This document shows positions 10,972 to 20,345 of a DNA stretch of 64,000 nt, one piece after another; positions within the stretch are counted from its first letter, which is position 1; each line of letters starts with the position of its first letter. The stretch comes from a virus: IMG/VR virus record IMGVR_UViG_3300031334_000002, positions 16,106 to 80,105 of that record; one strand, 5' to 3'. Made by a program: the position numbers and the translations under genes. The notes under the pieces were generated by a model, which was not told the origin of the DNA, did not search any database, and saw only the letters and a list, made by a program, of their open reading frames with translations.

Positions 10972-11208
10972 TTATTTAGATTTTTTCTTAGATTCCATTG
11001 CAGCCTTGATGAGGTCTTTCATGTCTCCAGACTTAATACTTTTTACTGTGTCTTCGGCAGCTTCTAGTCCTTCTTCTAGTCCTTCGGCATCATCGGCTAC
11101 CACTTTTACTGCCATTTTGCCTTTCAATTCTTCTGGCATCTCGCTTCTTTTCATTTCTGATTTCAAGGATTTAATAGCTTCTCTTCTAGCTTTATTGTTA
11201 TTTTTCAT
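10972..11208 (-). CDS. Small charged hypothetical protein
   Basis: RBS GGAG; preceded by late motif at 11223. Confidence 0.55.
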   Translation of the reverse strand: MKNNNKARREAIKSLKSEMKRSEMPEELKGKMAVKVVADDAEGLEEGLEAAEDTVKSIKSGDMKDLIKAAMESKKKSK

Positions 11209-11707
11209 TGATTCTCCTATTTCTAGTTGTTATTAAACTTTCTATATCGTGCGGTTTTACTAAATCAGCGTCTAGGTCGTAATCTCCTAAGTGTTTAAAA
11301 ACATGAAGATATAATAATTCGGAACAATTTCTTCCTGTTTTCCAAGGGTTTTTAACCTTAACCCCAAAAACATTAAGTATATCTACCAACACTATTCCTA
11401 CATTTTGCATAACGCCATAAGGAGCACCTGCTTCCTCGTGGCATTCATTTCTAATTGTTAAGTACAATTCATCAGAAACCTCTATTATATATTCTTTAAC
11501 TATGTTGTGTTTTTTAATAAACTGCAACTCAGACATATAGTTTACCATTCCGTCTGAAGCTTGATAAAAAGTATCATACTTAAATATAGGACTGTCCATT
11601 CTAAGGGCAACGTGTGAATACTCTTTATTAGTCCAAAGTCTTATAAGCCAAGAACCTATAGCAAATTTCTTTTTGGACTTTGTAAATACTATGTTTAATT
11701 GTCTCAT
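11198..11707 (-). CDS. Permuted papain-like (YiiX/YebB-type NlpC/P60) enzyme
   Basis: His motif YSHVAL precedes Cys motif NCSELL, with G.PY between them: permuted catalytic order. Confidence 0.7.
   Translation of the reverse strand: MRQLNIVFTKSKKKFAIGSWLIRLWTNKEYSHVALRMDSPIFKYDTFYQASDGMVNYMSELQFIKKHNIVKEYIIEVSDELYLTIRNECHEEAGAPYGVMQNVGIVLVDILNVFGVKVKNPWKTGRNCSELLYLHVFKHLGDYDLDADLVKPHDIESLITTRNRRINEK
11223..11232 (-). promoter_or_regulatory. Putative late promoter motif TAACAACTAG
   Basis: Exact copy 15 nt upstream of the 11208 start. Confidence 0.6.
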
Positions 11708-12345
11708 TTTACGTACGCTCTTACTGTTGCCTTTACGCCAACATCAGTGGTTCCGTTTGATGTATATTTTATTCTAATTATTAAACCTAAGAGGTTTGTT
11801 TCAGTAATGGCTTTGTTTTTTGCGTGAGCATATCCCACGGTGTTATCTGATTTATGTATATCAATAGGAATACTATCTAGGTATAAGTGGATATCCTGCC
11901 CTGATACTGGGTGAGCTATGCTCATTGATACAACGTCATCTCTATGAAAATCATACGCTATGAGGTGTCCGTCTTTTACAAATAAGTCTGATGTCACTGT
12001 ATAATCAAAGCTAGTGGTCGTTCCTGCTGTTGCTGTAAAGATAATGCCCTTATCGGACACCCTGTCTCCACCTTGGGGAATGACCTCTTCGTATTTAACT
12101 ACTGACTTGTCAGGTGCGGATGCTCCTGTGTGTGAGCTAAGTAATGCGACTAGCAAGGTCTCTTCTTCGGTTGATAAGGGTGCTTTAAAGTTTATATCTA
12201 AGTTATCGTTTGCCGCTGATACACTAGCTAATGCTATAGTTATAGAAGACTCTACGATCTCTTTGTTAAGTTGAACCATGTCTACTTTGTTATTTAAAGT
12301 AGCCAAAGAAATGTTGTAATTGTAATTAGTCATTTTGTTCTCCAA
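11704..12345 (-). CDS. Hypothetical structural protein
   Basis: Beta-rich ORF coupled to neighbours in the fibre block. Confidence 0.5.
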   Translation of the reverse strand: MENKMTNYNYNISLATLNNKVDMVQLNKEIVESSITIALASVSAANDNLDINFKAPLSTEEETLLVALLSSHTGASAPDKSVVKYEEVIPQGGDRVSDKGIIFTATAGTTTSFDYTVTSDLFVKDGHLIAYDFHRDDVVSMSIAHPVSGQDIHLYLDSIPIDIHKSDNTVGYAHAKNKAITETNLLGLIIRIKYTSNGTTDVGVKATVRAYVK

Positions 12346-13835
12346 ACTTCTATGACACTTTCATACACTCTAGATTCCCTATTTGATCTTTCAGGTCTAA
12401 GTTGTAACGTAAAGGTGTGGTTTCCTACTGATAAGTTCTCAGCATAGTGTAGTAAATTGTTTTGTATTCTTTGATCTTCTCTGCTGTCTTTTGGTTCTAT
12501 CCTTAGTTCTTTGACTTCTACTCCGTCAAGTAATACTCTAACTAATATGTCGTTAGCTGTCGAGCCATGGCTCCAAAAGAAATCAGCGTTTAGCCTGTAT
12601 GTGTTAGTTCCAGTAGACTCTGTTACAGTAAAAGGTAGTTCATCATAAGTAACAAAGGAGTTTCCTGTAACAGTCACAGTTGCTATTCTCGTTGTACTGT
12701 CTGCGTCTCTTCCGAATACTACTGAATTTAGTTGTGTTTGCAGTTTTCCTATTGCAACAAGTATAGAATCCGATGCTGTTACTAGTGTTGTGTTCGCAAA
12801 GGATAATCCAGTTAAGATGGTTGACCTAACTGTTTCAGCAAAGTCGTTGATTGTTGACGATAGTTGAGTCCCTGTGTGATTAGATCTAGCTCGATTATTA
12901 GTATCCCTTACGTTCAGTTGTGCAGGAGTTTCATAGCCTTGCGGATTAGAGTTGTTGTACTTTAGGTTCAATGCTGTTTGTGTTGCTGTGGATATTGGTT
13001 TGTTTAAATCACTTGTGTTATCTACGTTTCCTAGACCTACATCTGTTTTGTCTAGTTGAGAGTTTACCCAAAATGATCCATTATATTGCAAAACTTCTCC
13101 AGTTGTCTGAGTCGGTACTTGAACATCAGTAAGCTCATCTAAGGTTAGGTTCATTAGTGTGCTTATTGGAACTTTAAACCAAGCACAAGGTCTAACGTCT
13201 ACTGCGCCTCCTCCAGTTACCGTTCTAAAGTTTACGACATCTCCTGCGATATATTGTACCGGAGCAGGCAATTCTACAAAACCCGAGTTATTAGATTGTA
13301 AACCTGTGGTTGCCACGTTTGTGTTGTTTTGAGTTACGGCTATTTCTGTGTTCGTTCCTGAAGTTTCAGCTTGATACGATACAGCAAACAATCTAGCATT
13401 TACTGGTATAGTTACGCCTATGTTTCCTGTTGATCCGTTTCCGAATGAAAACTCTAAACTATTATTAGCTAGTCCTCCGTTTTCTTCAGCCCATATAGCA
13501 AATATACCAAATTCGTTTGGAGTAACAGTTAACTCTTCTAGTGCGCTTCTTACGTCTTTTGAAACGAAACTAGAACTGTCTAATCTTACAGAATTTGCAA
13601 AATTAGGGAATGAAACGTAGTTAATTCCTTCTGTCGATGATAGGTCAGAAACGCCATCATTTACTACAACCTCTCCTGCGTTTATAAGAGGAGTTAATTC
13701 TAGTACGGAATCTACTGTTGCTAGAGATATGTAATCTTGTGCATTTATTTCTATTTCACCCAATGCTGGAATGTCTATTCCTAAAACATTAAGATCTATG
13801 ATGGTCCCCGTGGTGTTTTTTAATATCTTAGACAT
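12330..13835 (-). CDS. Tail/head fibre protein
   Basis: DKTDVGLGNVDNTSDLNKPISTATQTAL phage-tail-repeat motif; LDELTDV..GEVLQYNGSFWVN and RARSNHTGTQ fibre motifs. Confidence 0.7.
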   Translation of the reverse strand: MSKILKNTTGTIIDLNVLGIDIPALGEIEINAQDYISLATVDSVLELTPLINAGEVVVNDGVSDLSSTEGINYVSFPNFANSVRLDSSSFVSKDVRSALEELTVTPNEFGIFAIWAEENGGLANNSLEFSFGNGSTGNIGVTIPVNARLFAVSYQAETSGTNTEIAVTQNNTNVATTGLQSNNSGFVELPAPVQYIAGDVVNFRTVTGGGAVDVRPCAWFKVPISTLMNLTLDELTDVQVPTQTTGEVLQYNGSFWVNSQLDKTDVGLGNVDNTSDLNKPISTATQTALNLKYNNSNPQGYETPAQLNVRDTNNRARSNHTGTQLSSTINDFAETVRSTILTGLSFANTTLVTASDSILVAIGKLQTQLNSVVFGRDADSTTRIATVTVTGNSFVTYDELPFTVTESTGTNTYRLNADFFWSHGSTANDILVRVLLDGVEVKELRIEPKDSREDQRIQNNLLHYAENLSVGNHTFTLQLRPERSNRESRVYESVIEVWRTK

Positions 13836-14311
13836 TAAGAATTACTCCCAGATAAGTTTATACCAACTACCACATTTTTAGCTGATCCTCCAGTTAGCCT
13901 AACCGCTAACTGCCTACCGGTAGTAACAGGTACTGATATTGTTCCACTATCTCCTACCTTAGACGACGTTACTGAGATTGTAGTTAGTATTGTTAAATTG
14001 GCGGAATCTCCCTCGTGTTCGTATATTGTGAGAGTATAAGTATTTAAGTTTTCAGTTGATATATAGATCCTAACAATATTTGCATTATTAAACGTGACAG
14101 CGCGACCCGATCTATTTGAAGAAACTCCTTCGTTACGGAGCCATGTATTTGCACTTATGTTACCAGATCTTCCCCATGAGAACCCCGGAGAAGCCGATGT
14201 TGCAACTTTAGTACTAAGTTCTTCAATAGCACCCTGTACATCATCGGAAGCAAATCCATTACTATCGTTATCAAAAGGAATAGATTCTGCAACCTGAGAT
14301 TTTTTTATCAT
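13835..14311 (-). CDS. Fibre-associated structural protein
   Basis: AESIPFD..DVQGAIEEL motif shared with the fibre proteins. Confidence 0.55.
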   Translation of the reverse strand: MIKKSQVAESIPFDNDSNGFASDDVQGAIEELSTKVATSASPGFSWGRSGNISANTWLRNEGVSSNRSGRAVTFNNANIVRIYISTENLNTYTLTIYEHEGDSANLTILTTISVTSSKVGDSGTISVPVTTGRQLAVRLTGGSAKNVVVGINLSGSNS

Positions 14312-14613
14312 CCTAGATCCGTCACAACGACATCTACCGTTCCACTGTCAGTGATCATAAAAACCGATTGCCCTTTAATTGCAATTTCAATCCATTGTTT
14401 TTTTAAAAGAGGTTCTCCTGATGCAACCGTTAATCCCGTTGGACCAACGTATACAGTCTTTGTTCCCTTATTATAGATTCTAACAAATTCTCTTTCATCA
14501 ATGTTAGTTGTGGCTCCTATAGCCTCTACTTGAACAATACCTACCGAAATTACTTCTTGCTCATATAGATCAGAGTTAGTGTCATCAAATTCTCCAGATA
14601 CTTGTATGCTCAT
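14308..14613 (-). CDS. Small beta-sandwich structural protein
   Basis: Resembles the C-terminal domain of 14991-15746 (R..I.N....V.LG....V..G). Confidence 0.5.
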   Translation of the reverse strand: MSIQVSGEFDDTNSDLYEQEVISVGIVQVEAIGATTNIDEREFVRIYNKGTKTVYVGPTGLTVASGEPLLKKQWIEIAIKGQSVFMITDSGTVDVVVTDLG

Positions 14614-14614
14614 T

Positions 14615-14938
14615 TTATTTTGTCCGTTTTCTTGTAGTTTTTGGTTTTTTTATTTTTTCTAATTCTTCTTTTAGAAGTTTGTTTTCTTGTTTTAATTCTT
14701 CTGCAAATTCAACTACTTTACTGTTTTCTTCTTTTACCGCCAAACAAAGCTCATCATAAGACATTTCTATTTGAAGTGCATTCGCTATTTTACTCTGCAA
14801 ATCCTGAACTAATTTAAAGGAATGATATGCTTTAGATACGTCTTCACAATCTAAATTATCTAATTTTACGTTTTGTGCTATTAATTTTAATAGATAACCA
14901 CTAACTAAATGATCCGACTTTACAAACTTCATAAACAC
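14615..14938 (-). CDS. Hypothetical coiled-coil protein (possible fibre chaperone)
   Basis: ORF track; coiled-coil C-terminus. Confidence 0.45.
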   Translation of the reverse strand: MFMKFVKSDHLVSGYLLKLIAQNVKLDNLDCEDVSKAYHSFKLVQDLQSKIANALQIEMSYDELCLAVKEENSKVVEFAEELKQENKLLKEELEKIKKPKTTRKRTK

Positions 14939-14951
14939 TCCGAGTTAAATT

Positions 14952-14981
14952 AAAAATAGGGGCATCTTCATAATACCCCTA
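14952..14981 (-). terminator. Rho-independent terminator
   Basis: Minus strand TAGGGGTA-loop-TGCCCCTA followed by TTTTT, just after the 14991 stop. Confidence 0.7.
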
Positions 14982-14990
14982 AAATTAAAA

Positions 14991-15746
14991 TTATGCAAGT
15001 TCTAAAATACGAATATCCGCAGTACCAGAAGCTGAAATTGCATGAAAGTCTAGTCCCGAACCGACTTTCAGTGTAATCGAACCTCTTGCTGGAACTCTAA
15101 TTCCGTTAGAGATCGTAACACTGGCGTTTCCAAGAAAAACGGCTCTATTATCTAGGTTTTGAATCGTTATCTCTTTCCTTTCGGTTAAAGCTGACGATAC
15201 TAACTGAGTTGCAACATTTGTAACACTTATTGCAGAAGTAGCAAACCCCGTTGCTGCTCTATCAACCACTTTAAGGTCTGTATTTGTTGACACTCCTGCT
15301 AAAGTGGTGCCGTCGCCAATTCTTAGTGAATCAAAGTTAGCCCCAGTGTGTTCAAGTTGAACGTTAAGGTCGCCAGCAGTAATTTGAATATCACCAGTAG
15401 CTGATGTTAGTTTCACAGGCAGAGGTTGGTTGTTTGCAGGTGTTATGCTGTCTTCGATAACTTCAACAACAGCGCCATCTAGTCTAAACTTAACCGGACT
15501 GTCCAGTGTAGCATTAACGTTAATAGAACCGTCAGCTTGGACATCTAATTCATCACCATCAGAATCAACTATAGAAATACCACCAGTAGATCCTGCTAAA
15601 TTAACATCGAGCGCTTGTACTGCTCCTGTTGTGTTTGTGTGCGTCAGTAATGTTCCGTCCGAAGAACGAAGATAAGCACCAACAGAATCACTATCTGCAA
15701 TTTCTGTTGGATCGAAAATTAATTGGTCTTTTCCAATTACACTCAT
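14991..15746 (-). CDS. Structural/decoration protein
   Basis: Strong RBS GGAGG; beta-rich; followed by a terminator. Confidence 0.55.
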   Translation of the reverse strand: MSVIGKDQLIFDPTEIADSDSVGAYLRSSDGTLLTHTNTTGAVQALDVNLAGSTGGISIVDSDGDELDVQADGSINVNATLDSPVKFRLDGAVVEVIEDSITPANNQPLPVKLTSATGDIQITAGDLNVQLEHTGANFDSLRIGDGTTLAGVSTNTDLKVVDRAATGFATSAISVTNVATQLVSSALTERKEITIQNLDNRAVFLGNASVTISNGIRVPARGSITLKVGSGLDFHAISASGTADIRILELA

Positions 15747-15761
15747 AAAACCTCCCTAAGG

Positions 15762-16703
15762 TTATGTCCAGTAAACCAATTCTACAGTTTTACCGGGTTT
15801 ATTTGTTTCAAAGAATATCGTAACGCTAGTTGTTAAAAGGTTATCTTCTGTATATATAATCGCCCTCTTTAATTCAAGAAAACTCCCTGCTGCGTCATAT
15901 TTTATTTTTAGTTTTGTATCGTTCTCTCTTACTTTTATAGTAAATTTTTTGGTATTATCAGGTAGTGCTATTGATTGTTCAGTATTAGCCAATAGCACCG
16001 TCAGGTTTACGATTGTTGGAGTTCTCGAACTTGATTCTAAAGTCACTTCAATAGGACTTGTATCTATAACCTCAAAGGTTTTTTCATAAGGATTATAAAC
16101 ATACTTAATGTCGTTTTGTTGAGGGAAATCGTAAGTCTTTACTAAACTTGAGATACCATCCTGTATTGTATCGAAATTAAACCCCGTATCAAAATCTGAA
16201 ATACTAGATTGACCTATTACTTCATTTTCTATTTGTATTTTATTACCAAGTAACATTTTAACATTAAACTCTGGTATGTTATTTAAAACGAGTTGACTTG
16301 CTAAGGCTGTAATTCCTGCAGGATCATTGAAAGCCACTGGCACTTCTATTCCTGTTCTACCGGGTATTTCAGGATCTACTCCTGTCCCTCCTACATTATA
16401 CCAAACATAAAATTGTTTTTCGTTCTGTCCCGAGTTAATAAGAAATGTTTTATTATTTAAACTTCCAGCAACATCAGCTAAAGTAGTTAAGTTATATATT
16501 CCTCTTTTTTCATCATAGTAAAAATCAGCACTTTCTACTGAGTCATTACCGTCGTAAGCTAAAACAACATGACTCCAATAAGATCCTACGATATTGTCAG
16601 TATCGATGACACGTAAAGCGTCCGCTTCTTGAGAGTGAACATTCTTTAAGACCCCTCCGGGGTCTAAGTTACTAGCATACTTCCTTGTTGGTCTACCTAC
16701 CAC
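15762..16703 (-). CDS. Structural protein (start re-assigned to GTG 16703)
   Basis: GAGG RBS upstream of GTG 16703; YVWYN..G.DP...TGIEV module also present in the nozzle-like protein. Confidence 0.5.
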   Translation of the reverse strand: MVGRPTRKYASNLDPGGVLKNVHSQEADALRVIDTDNIVGSYWSHVVLAYDGNDSVESADFYYDEKRGIYNLTTLADVAGSLNNKTFLINSGQNEKQFYVWYNVGGTGVDPEIPGRTGIEVPVAFNDPAGITALASQLVLNNIPEFNVKMLLGNKIQIENEVIGQSSISDFDTGFNFDTIQDGISSLVKTYDFPQQNDIKYVYNPYEKTFEVIDTSPIEVTLESSSRTPTIVNLTVLLANTEQSIALPDNTKKFTIKVRENDTKLKIKYDAAGSFLELKRAIIYTEDNLLTTSVTIFFETNKPGKTVELVYWT

Positions 16704-17379
16704 TATATACCTCTTTTGCCGAAAGCTGAATAGGATGATCAACTAAAGGGAAATATATTGAGAAAACATCACTCCAGTTTCCGTGAGTTCTTTTTATTAG
16801 AAAATCACAGACTAATCCTGCGAAACGCATACTTAAAAAATTACGCTTTAACATCTCGACTTTAACCCATGTTAAAAGTTTTCCAGAGGTATGAGGTCTA
16901 GATTTCATGCAAGCAATAATACAAGCTACTCCCAATAAAGGCAAGAGGAGTCCACCTATAATAGGACAGTTTACTGCTACGTACAAAACCCAGTCTCTCG
17001 GGTGTATCAATCTTACTTCTTTATCTTTAACGTTATTATAAAAAAACAACTTTTGATTCTTTATTTCAGCCATGATCTCTTTATGAAAAACCCAGTCTTC
17101 CCTGTAACTAATTAACATTATGGCAATCAATTGATCAGGAGACATATAAGTGTCTCTTTTGTGAGCAACTCCAAATTCAACGTGTGAGGGGTTTTGCATG
17201 AACAACCCTTGTCCTACCCTGCATTTTTCTATAGAACGCTTTAAAATAGCAATTCTGGCTCTCTGATCGTTACCTTTTCTCTCCTCTAAGAGTATATGTT
17301 GTAGAGTCCAGAGTAGTCCATTCTCAGCTCCACTTTCATCTGGTTTTGAATTTGTTAGTCCGTATTTATCTATAAACAT
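16693..17379 (-). CDS. Hypothetical protein with hydrophobic segment
   Basis: 228 aa ORF coupled in operon; family not recognised. Confidence 0.5.
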   Translation of the reverse strand: MFIDKYGLTNSKPDESGAENGLLWTLQHILLEERKGNDQRARIAILKRSIEKCRVGQGLFMQNPSHVEFGVAHKRDTYMSPDQLIAIMLISYREDWVFHKEIMAEIKNQKLFFYNNVKDKEVRLIHPRDWVLYVAVNCPIIGGLLLPLLGVACIIACMKSRPHTSGKLLTWVKVEMLKRNFLSMRFAGLVCDFLIKRTHGNWSDVFSIYFPLVDHPIQLSAKEVYSGR

Positions 17380-17388
17380 TATTATCCA

Positions 17389-18909
17389 TTATATATGAGT
17401 TACGAGTGCTCTAAATGACAATTCCGTAGATATGTGTCCTGTTATATCAGTAGAATCATACGTAACTTGACCATCGTTGTCTATGTCAAATGTTACCCCA
17501 GATAAGTCTCCCAAGCTGGAGTATGAGATTTCCCAGACACCACCACGATTGAGTCCTAAAATCTCGAATGCTTCAAATAGATCCAAAGTTGCATCTCTAC
17601 TTACTGATACTAAGGCTTTAAAAGACCTAACAACAAGTTTATCAAATAGTAAACCAGTCACATCAAGTCCACTTACGTTGTTTGCTCCTATAAAACTAGT
17701 TAGATCTATATCTCCACTAGCCTTGGCTAAAGATCCAGCAGGAGTTGCGTTGTTTATGTATGTCTTTATTGCGTCAACCGACGGAGCTTGATCTGTTTCG
17801 TTCCCTGTTGTGGAGTTCACCACTGCTGATGTTTTAGCCCGTGCATCTGTAAAATAAAGGTTAGCGATTCCTTCACTGAGACCATCAGTATCCTCGGCAG
17901 CAAAATCTATACCAAATAGCGAACTAAAATTAGAGATAGCTACTTTTTCATTGTCAACTTCTTCAATGGCATCCTGAACGTTGGTTGCTATGATGTCGCC
18001 TGCGGGAGTAAACGTAATCTCTGAAGCTTCGTCCTTAGTTAACACTGCAGTATCTACGTAATTTTTTACAGTTAGTGATGTTGGCACTTTCGTATCGTCT
18101 GCTGTAGAAAGAGTATCATCTAGATCAATAACTCCTGTTTTGAAATTATCTAACTCGATATTACTGACTGTATTACTATCTAGGTCTATAGTTTTATTGA
18201 GTAAGGATTGAGTATGGGTTGTCGTTGCAATTTCTCTTAGATCGCCAACTTCGCCCACTTTCATTTTAGAAGTAAGAGTTGAATCGAACCCCAAAGCAAC
18301 GTTAGTTGCATCCGACATTTCAACAGTTAGACCGGCAGTGCCTAAATCGGCAGAGACTTCAGTTCCTCCATCGTTTACTGTAATATTTGCATCAGAGACA
18401 TCTAAATTAGTCGAGTTTATTGAAGTTGTTGTTCCATTGACAGTGAGATCACCAGTTACAATCATGTCTTGAATGCCAGTAACATTGCCAGAATCGTCAA
18501 CAGTAATTGACGTTTGTTCCATGTCAACCCCAGTAGTTCCAACAGATTTTAATAATCTATTATCTGCAACTGGAGATATTCTGTTTACTTTTTCATCTAA
18601 TCCATCTTGTATTTTCTGAGAAGACCATAAAGTTGATGTTGTTGTTTGCGCGTCATCCTGTACTCTATGTTCTTCTATTTCAAAATTTAAAAGAAGGTCA
18701 TGGTCAATGACAGTTTCATCAACATCTAAAACTAGGGTCTCGTTGCCAAATGGGTTGCCTATTGATTTGGTTATTTTTCCTGATAACGCAGGTTGTATTT
18801 TATCATCTAAGAATCCAGAGCTACTATCAGAGATTCTAGTCTTAACTCGAATGTCAGTGCCACCTGTAGCTAATAGATCTATTCCAAGTCTTTTGTACGT
18901 GTTTGCCAT
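17389..18909 (-). CDS. Fibre/structural protein
   Basis: GDLTVNGTTTSINSTNLDVSDANITVN and TDGLSEG..NLYFTDARA fibre motifs; C-terminal domain paralogous to 23728-24198. Confidence 0.6.
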   Translation of the reverse strand: MANTYKRLGIDLLATGGTDIRVKTRISDSSSGFLDDKIQPALSGKITKSIGNPFGNETLVLDVDETVIDHDLLLNFEIEEHRVQDDAQTTTSTLWSSQKIQDGLDEKVNRISPVADNRLLKSVGTTGVDMEQTSITVDDSGNVTGIQDMIVTGDLTVNGTTTSINSTNLDVSDANITVNDGGTEVSADLGTAGLTVEMSDATNVALGFDSTLTSKMKVGEVGDLREIATTTHTQSLLNKTIDLDSNTVSNIELDNFKTGVIDLDDTLSTADDTKVPTSLTVKNYVDTAVLTKDEASEITFTPAGDIIATNVQDAIEEVDNEKVAISNFSSLFGIDFAAEDTDGLSEGIANLYFTDARAKTSAVVNSTTGNETDQAPSVDAIKTYINNATPAGSLAKASGDIDLTSFIGANNVSGLDVTGLLFDKLVVRSFKALVSVSRDATLDLFEAFEILGLNRGGVWEISYSSLGDLSGVTFDIDNDGQVTYDSTDITGHISTELSFRALVTHI

Positions 18910-18912
18910 GTC

Positions 18913-19269
18913 CTAATGCCTCCGCTTACCTGAAAACTCAACTACTTCGATATCACACGAACCGCTATTAATAACAAAAGCAACTCTAATGTAATTAACA
19001 CCCATTTCAGAAACATCCCAAATATGAGTTCCTGTTGCATCGGTTACATTCTGAACAGACTCATCAATCCTAGAAAAACTTTGACCATTAGTTGAAACCT
19101 CTAGGTAAAGGTCCATATCAAGTCCTACTCCATTCAAATAATCAACTTGAACCGAAAACGTATTCTCAACACCAGATATATCATAATCTTCAGTTGTAGT
19201 GTCAGAACTAATAGATTCTGGACCTTCTAGTATTTTCTTTTTTACAATAGCGTCAAGAAAGTTACCCAT
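18913..19269 (-). CDS. Small beta-sandwich structural protein
   Basis: LEVSTNGQSF..YIRV pattern typical of phage beta-sandwich domains. Confidence 0.5.
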   Translation of the reverse strand: MGNFLDAIVKKKILEGPESISSDTTTEDYDISGVENTFSVQVDYLNGVGLDMDLYLEVSTNGQSFSRIDESVQNVTDATGTHIWDVSEMGVNYIRVAFVINSGSCDIEVVEFSGKRRH

Positions 19270-19463
19270 TATGATTCCTTCTTAAGTTTTTTAGTGACAT
19301 AAGGCATCAAACTAACTAAGGCTAGTCCTATATCATTAGCCCCTAGTGCAGGGGTTACCATGATCTTCCCTAGCATTAATATTGCTGCGATATTTGAGAT
19401 AGACAGGTTATTTTCATTATCTAGTATTCTAAAAAACCTACCGACTCTTTTAATCTTTTCCAT
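19269..19463 (-). CDS. Small membrane protein, holin candidate
   Basis: 64 aa, two hydrophobic stretches, basic C-terminus (TKKLKKES). Confidence 0.35.
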   Translation of the reverse strand: MEKIKRVGRFFRILDNENNLSISNIAAILMLGKIMVTPALGANDIGLALVSLMPYVTKKLKKES

Positions 19464-19523
19464 ATGCGTATATTCCCTATTATCTATTAACCTTTGGTAT
19501 TTACTTATATTTTACATTTTCTT

Positions 19524-19551
19524 TTGACAACTCTTCTTTTTTTGTTATAAT
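19524..19551 (+). promoter_or_regulatory. Consensus sigma70 promoter, antisense to the late operon
   Basis: TTGACA-16 nt-TATAAT with extended -10 TG. Confidence 0.65.
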
Positions 19552-19561
19552 AAAAGACACG

Positions 19562-19642
19562 ATGTGGTTGAGTATGCTAATTTCACTTTTGGTCACATTA
19601 GCTTTTCGACACATAGATTACAGTTTTATTGTACAGATGTGA
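19562..19642 (+). CDS. Candidate 26-aa hydrophobic peptide (near-leaderless)
   Basis: MWLSMLISLLVTLAFRHIDYSFIVQM starts 10 nt after the TATAAT; no RBS. Confidence 0.3.
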   Translation: MWLSMLISLLVTLAFRHIDYSFIVQM

Positions 19643-19653
19643 CACATTGTGGA

Positions 19654-20121
19654 TTATGTATAACTTTCATATCCGGGTATATGTCTAACGGATTCCACCC
19701 ACTTCTTCCACCCATCAAACTCCATCAGCTTACGTTCTAATTTACCCTTTTTTATATCTTCTGGTAAATTACGTAAATATTCTCTATACTTCCTATATTC
19801 TTTTCTCTTGTTAGAATCTAGAGGATTGTCAGCAAGTTGAGTCCAGTCGGTTTCTTTTAAAAGAACATCCCTGTCTTCTCTTAAACGTCTCAGCTCTAGT
19901 TTTAGTTTGTCTTCTTCACATGATATGCTTAAGTTTTCTAAAAGCTTTAAACGTTTTTCTGCTAACTTTTTATCTTCTTCTTCTAGTATATATTTCTTAA
20001 AGTACTCGTATGGTTGATACTGAGGAGCTGCTGTTACCAACAACTCCTCGATATCATCTAACGCCTCAAATCTTTTGGTCCACTCAGCAGTATCCAAGAC
20101 GTATTCCTTTATTCTTCCCAA
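19654..20121 (-). CDS. Tail fibre assembly chaperone
   Basis: LR..RD.LL.ETDWTQLAD.PL...YR..LR.LP signature. Confidence 0.75.
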   Translation of the reverse strand: MGRIKEYVLDTAEWTKRFEALDDIEELLVTAAPQYQPYEYFKKYILEEEDKKLAEKRLKLLENLSISCEEDKLKLELRRLREDRDVLLKETDWTQLADNPLDSNKRKEYRKYREYLRNLPEDIKKGKLERKLMEFDGWKKWVESVRHIPGYESYT

Positions 20122-20345
20122 CTAGACCATTTGTCTAGAGGGCATTTTTCTTGTCTGATTAAGCTCTTAGCTTTTATAAAACAAAAACACTCTCCACATT
20201 GTCCTGTAGCTTTTAGCCTAGGACACCCTGCGCAAATTGCTCTTCTTTCTTCTTTAACAGCTTCTGGTACAGATTGATCTACTCCAGTAGCTGCGTTCTT
20301 AGCAATAGTAAATAGTGACTTCATACCACCTTTAATCTTGCTCAT
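20109..20345 (-). CDS. Cys-rich small protein (DUF6171-like)
   Basis: RRAICAGCP..QCGECFCF..K....CP..KW pattern. Confidence 0.55.
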   Translation of the reverse strand: MSKIKGGMKSLFTIAKNAATGVDQSVPEAVKEERRAICAGCPRLKATGQCGECFCFIKAKSLIRQEKCPLDKWSSWEE

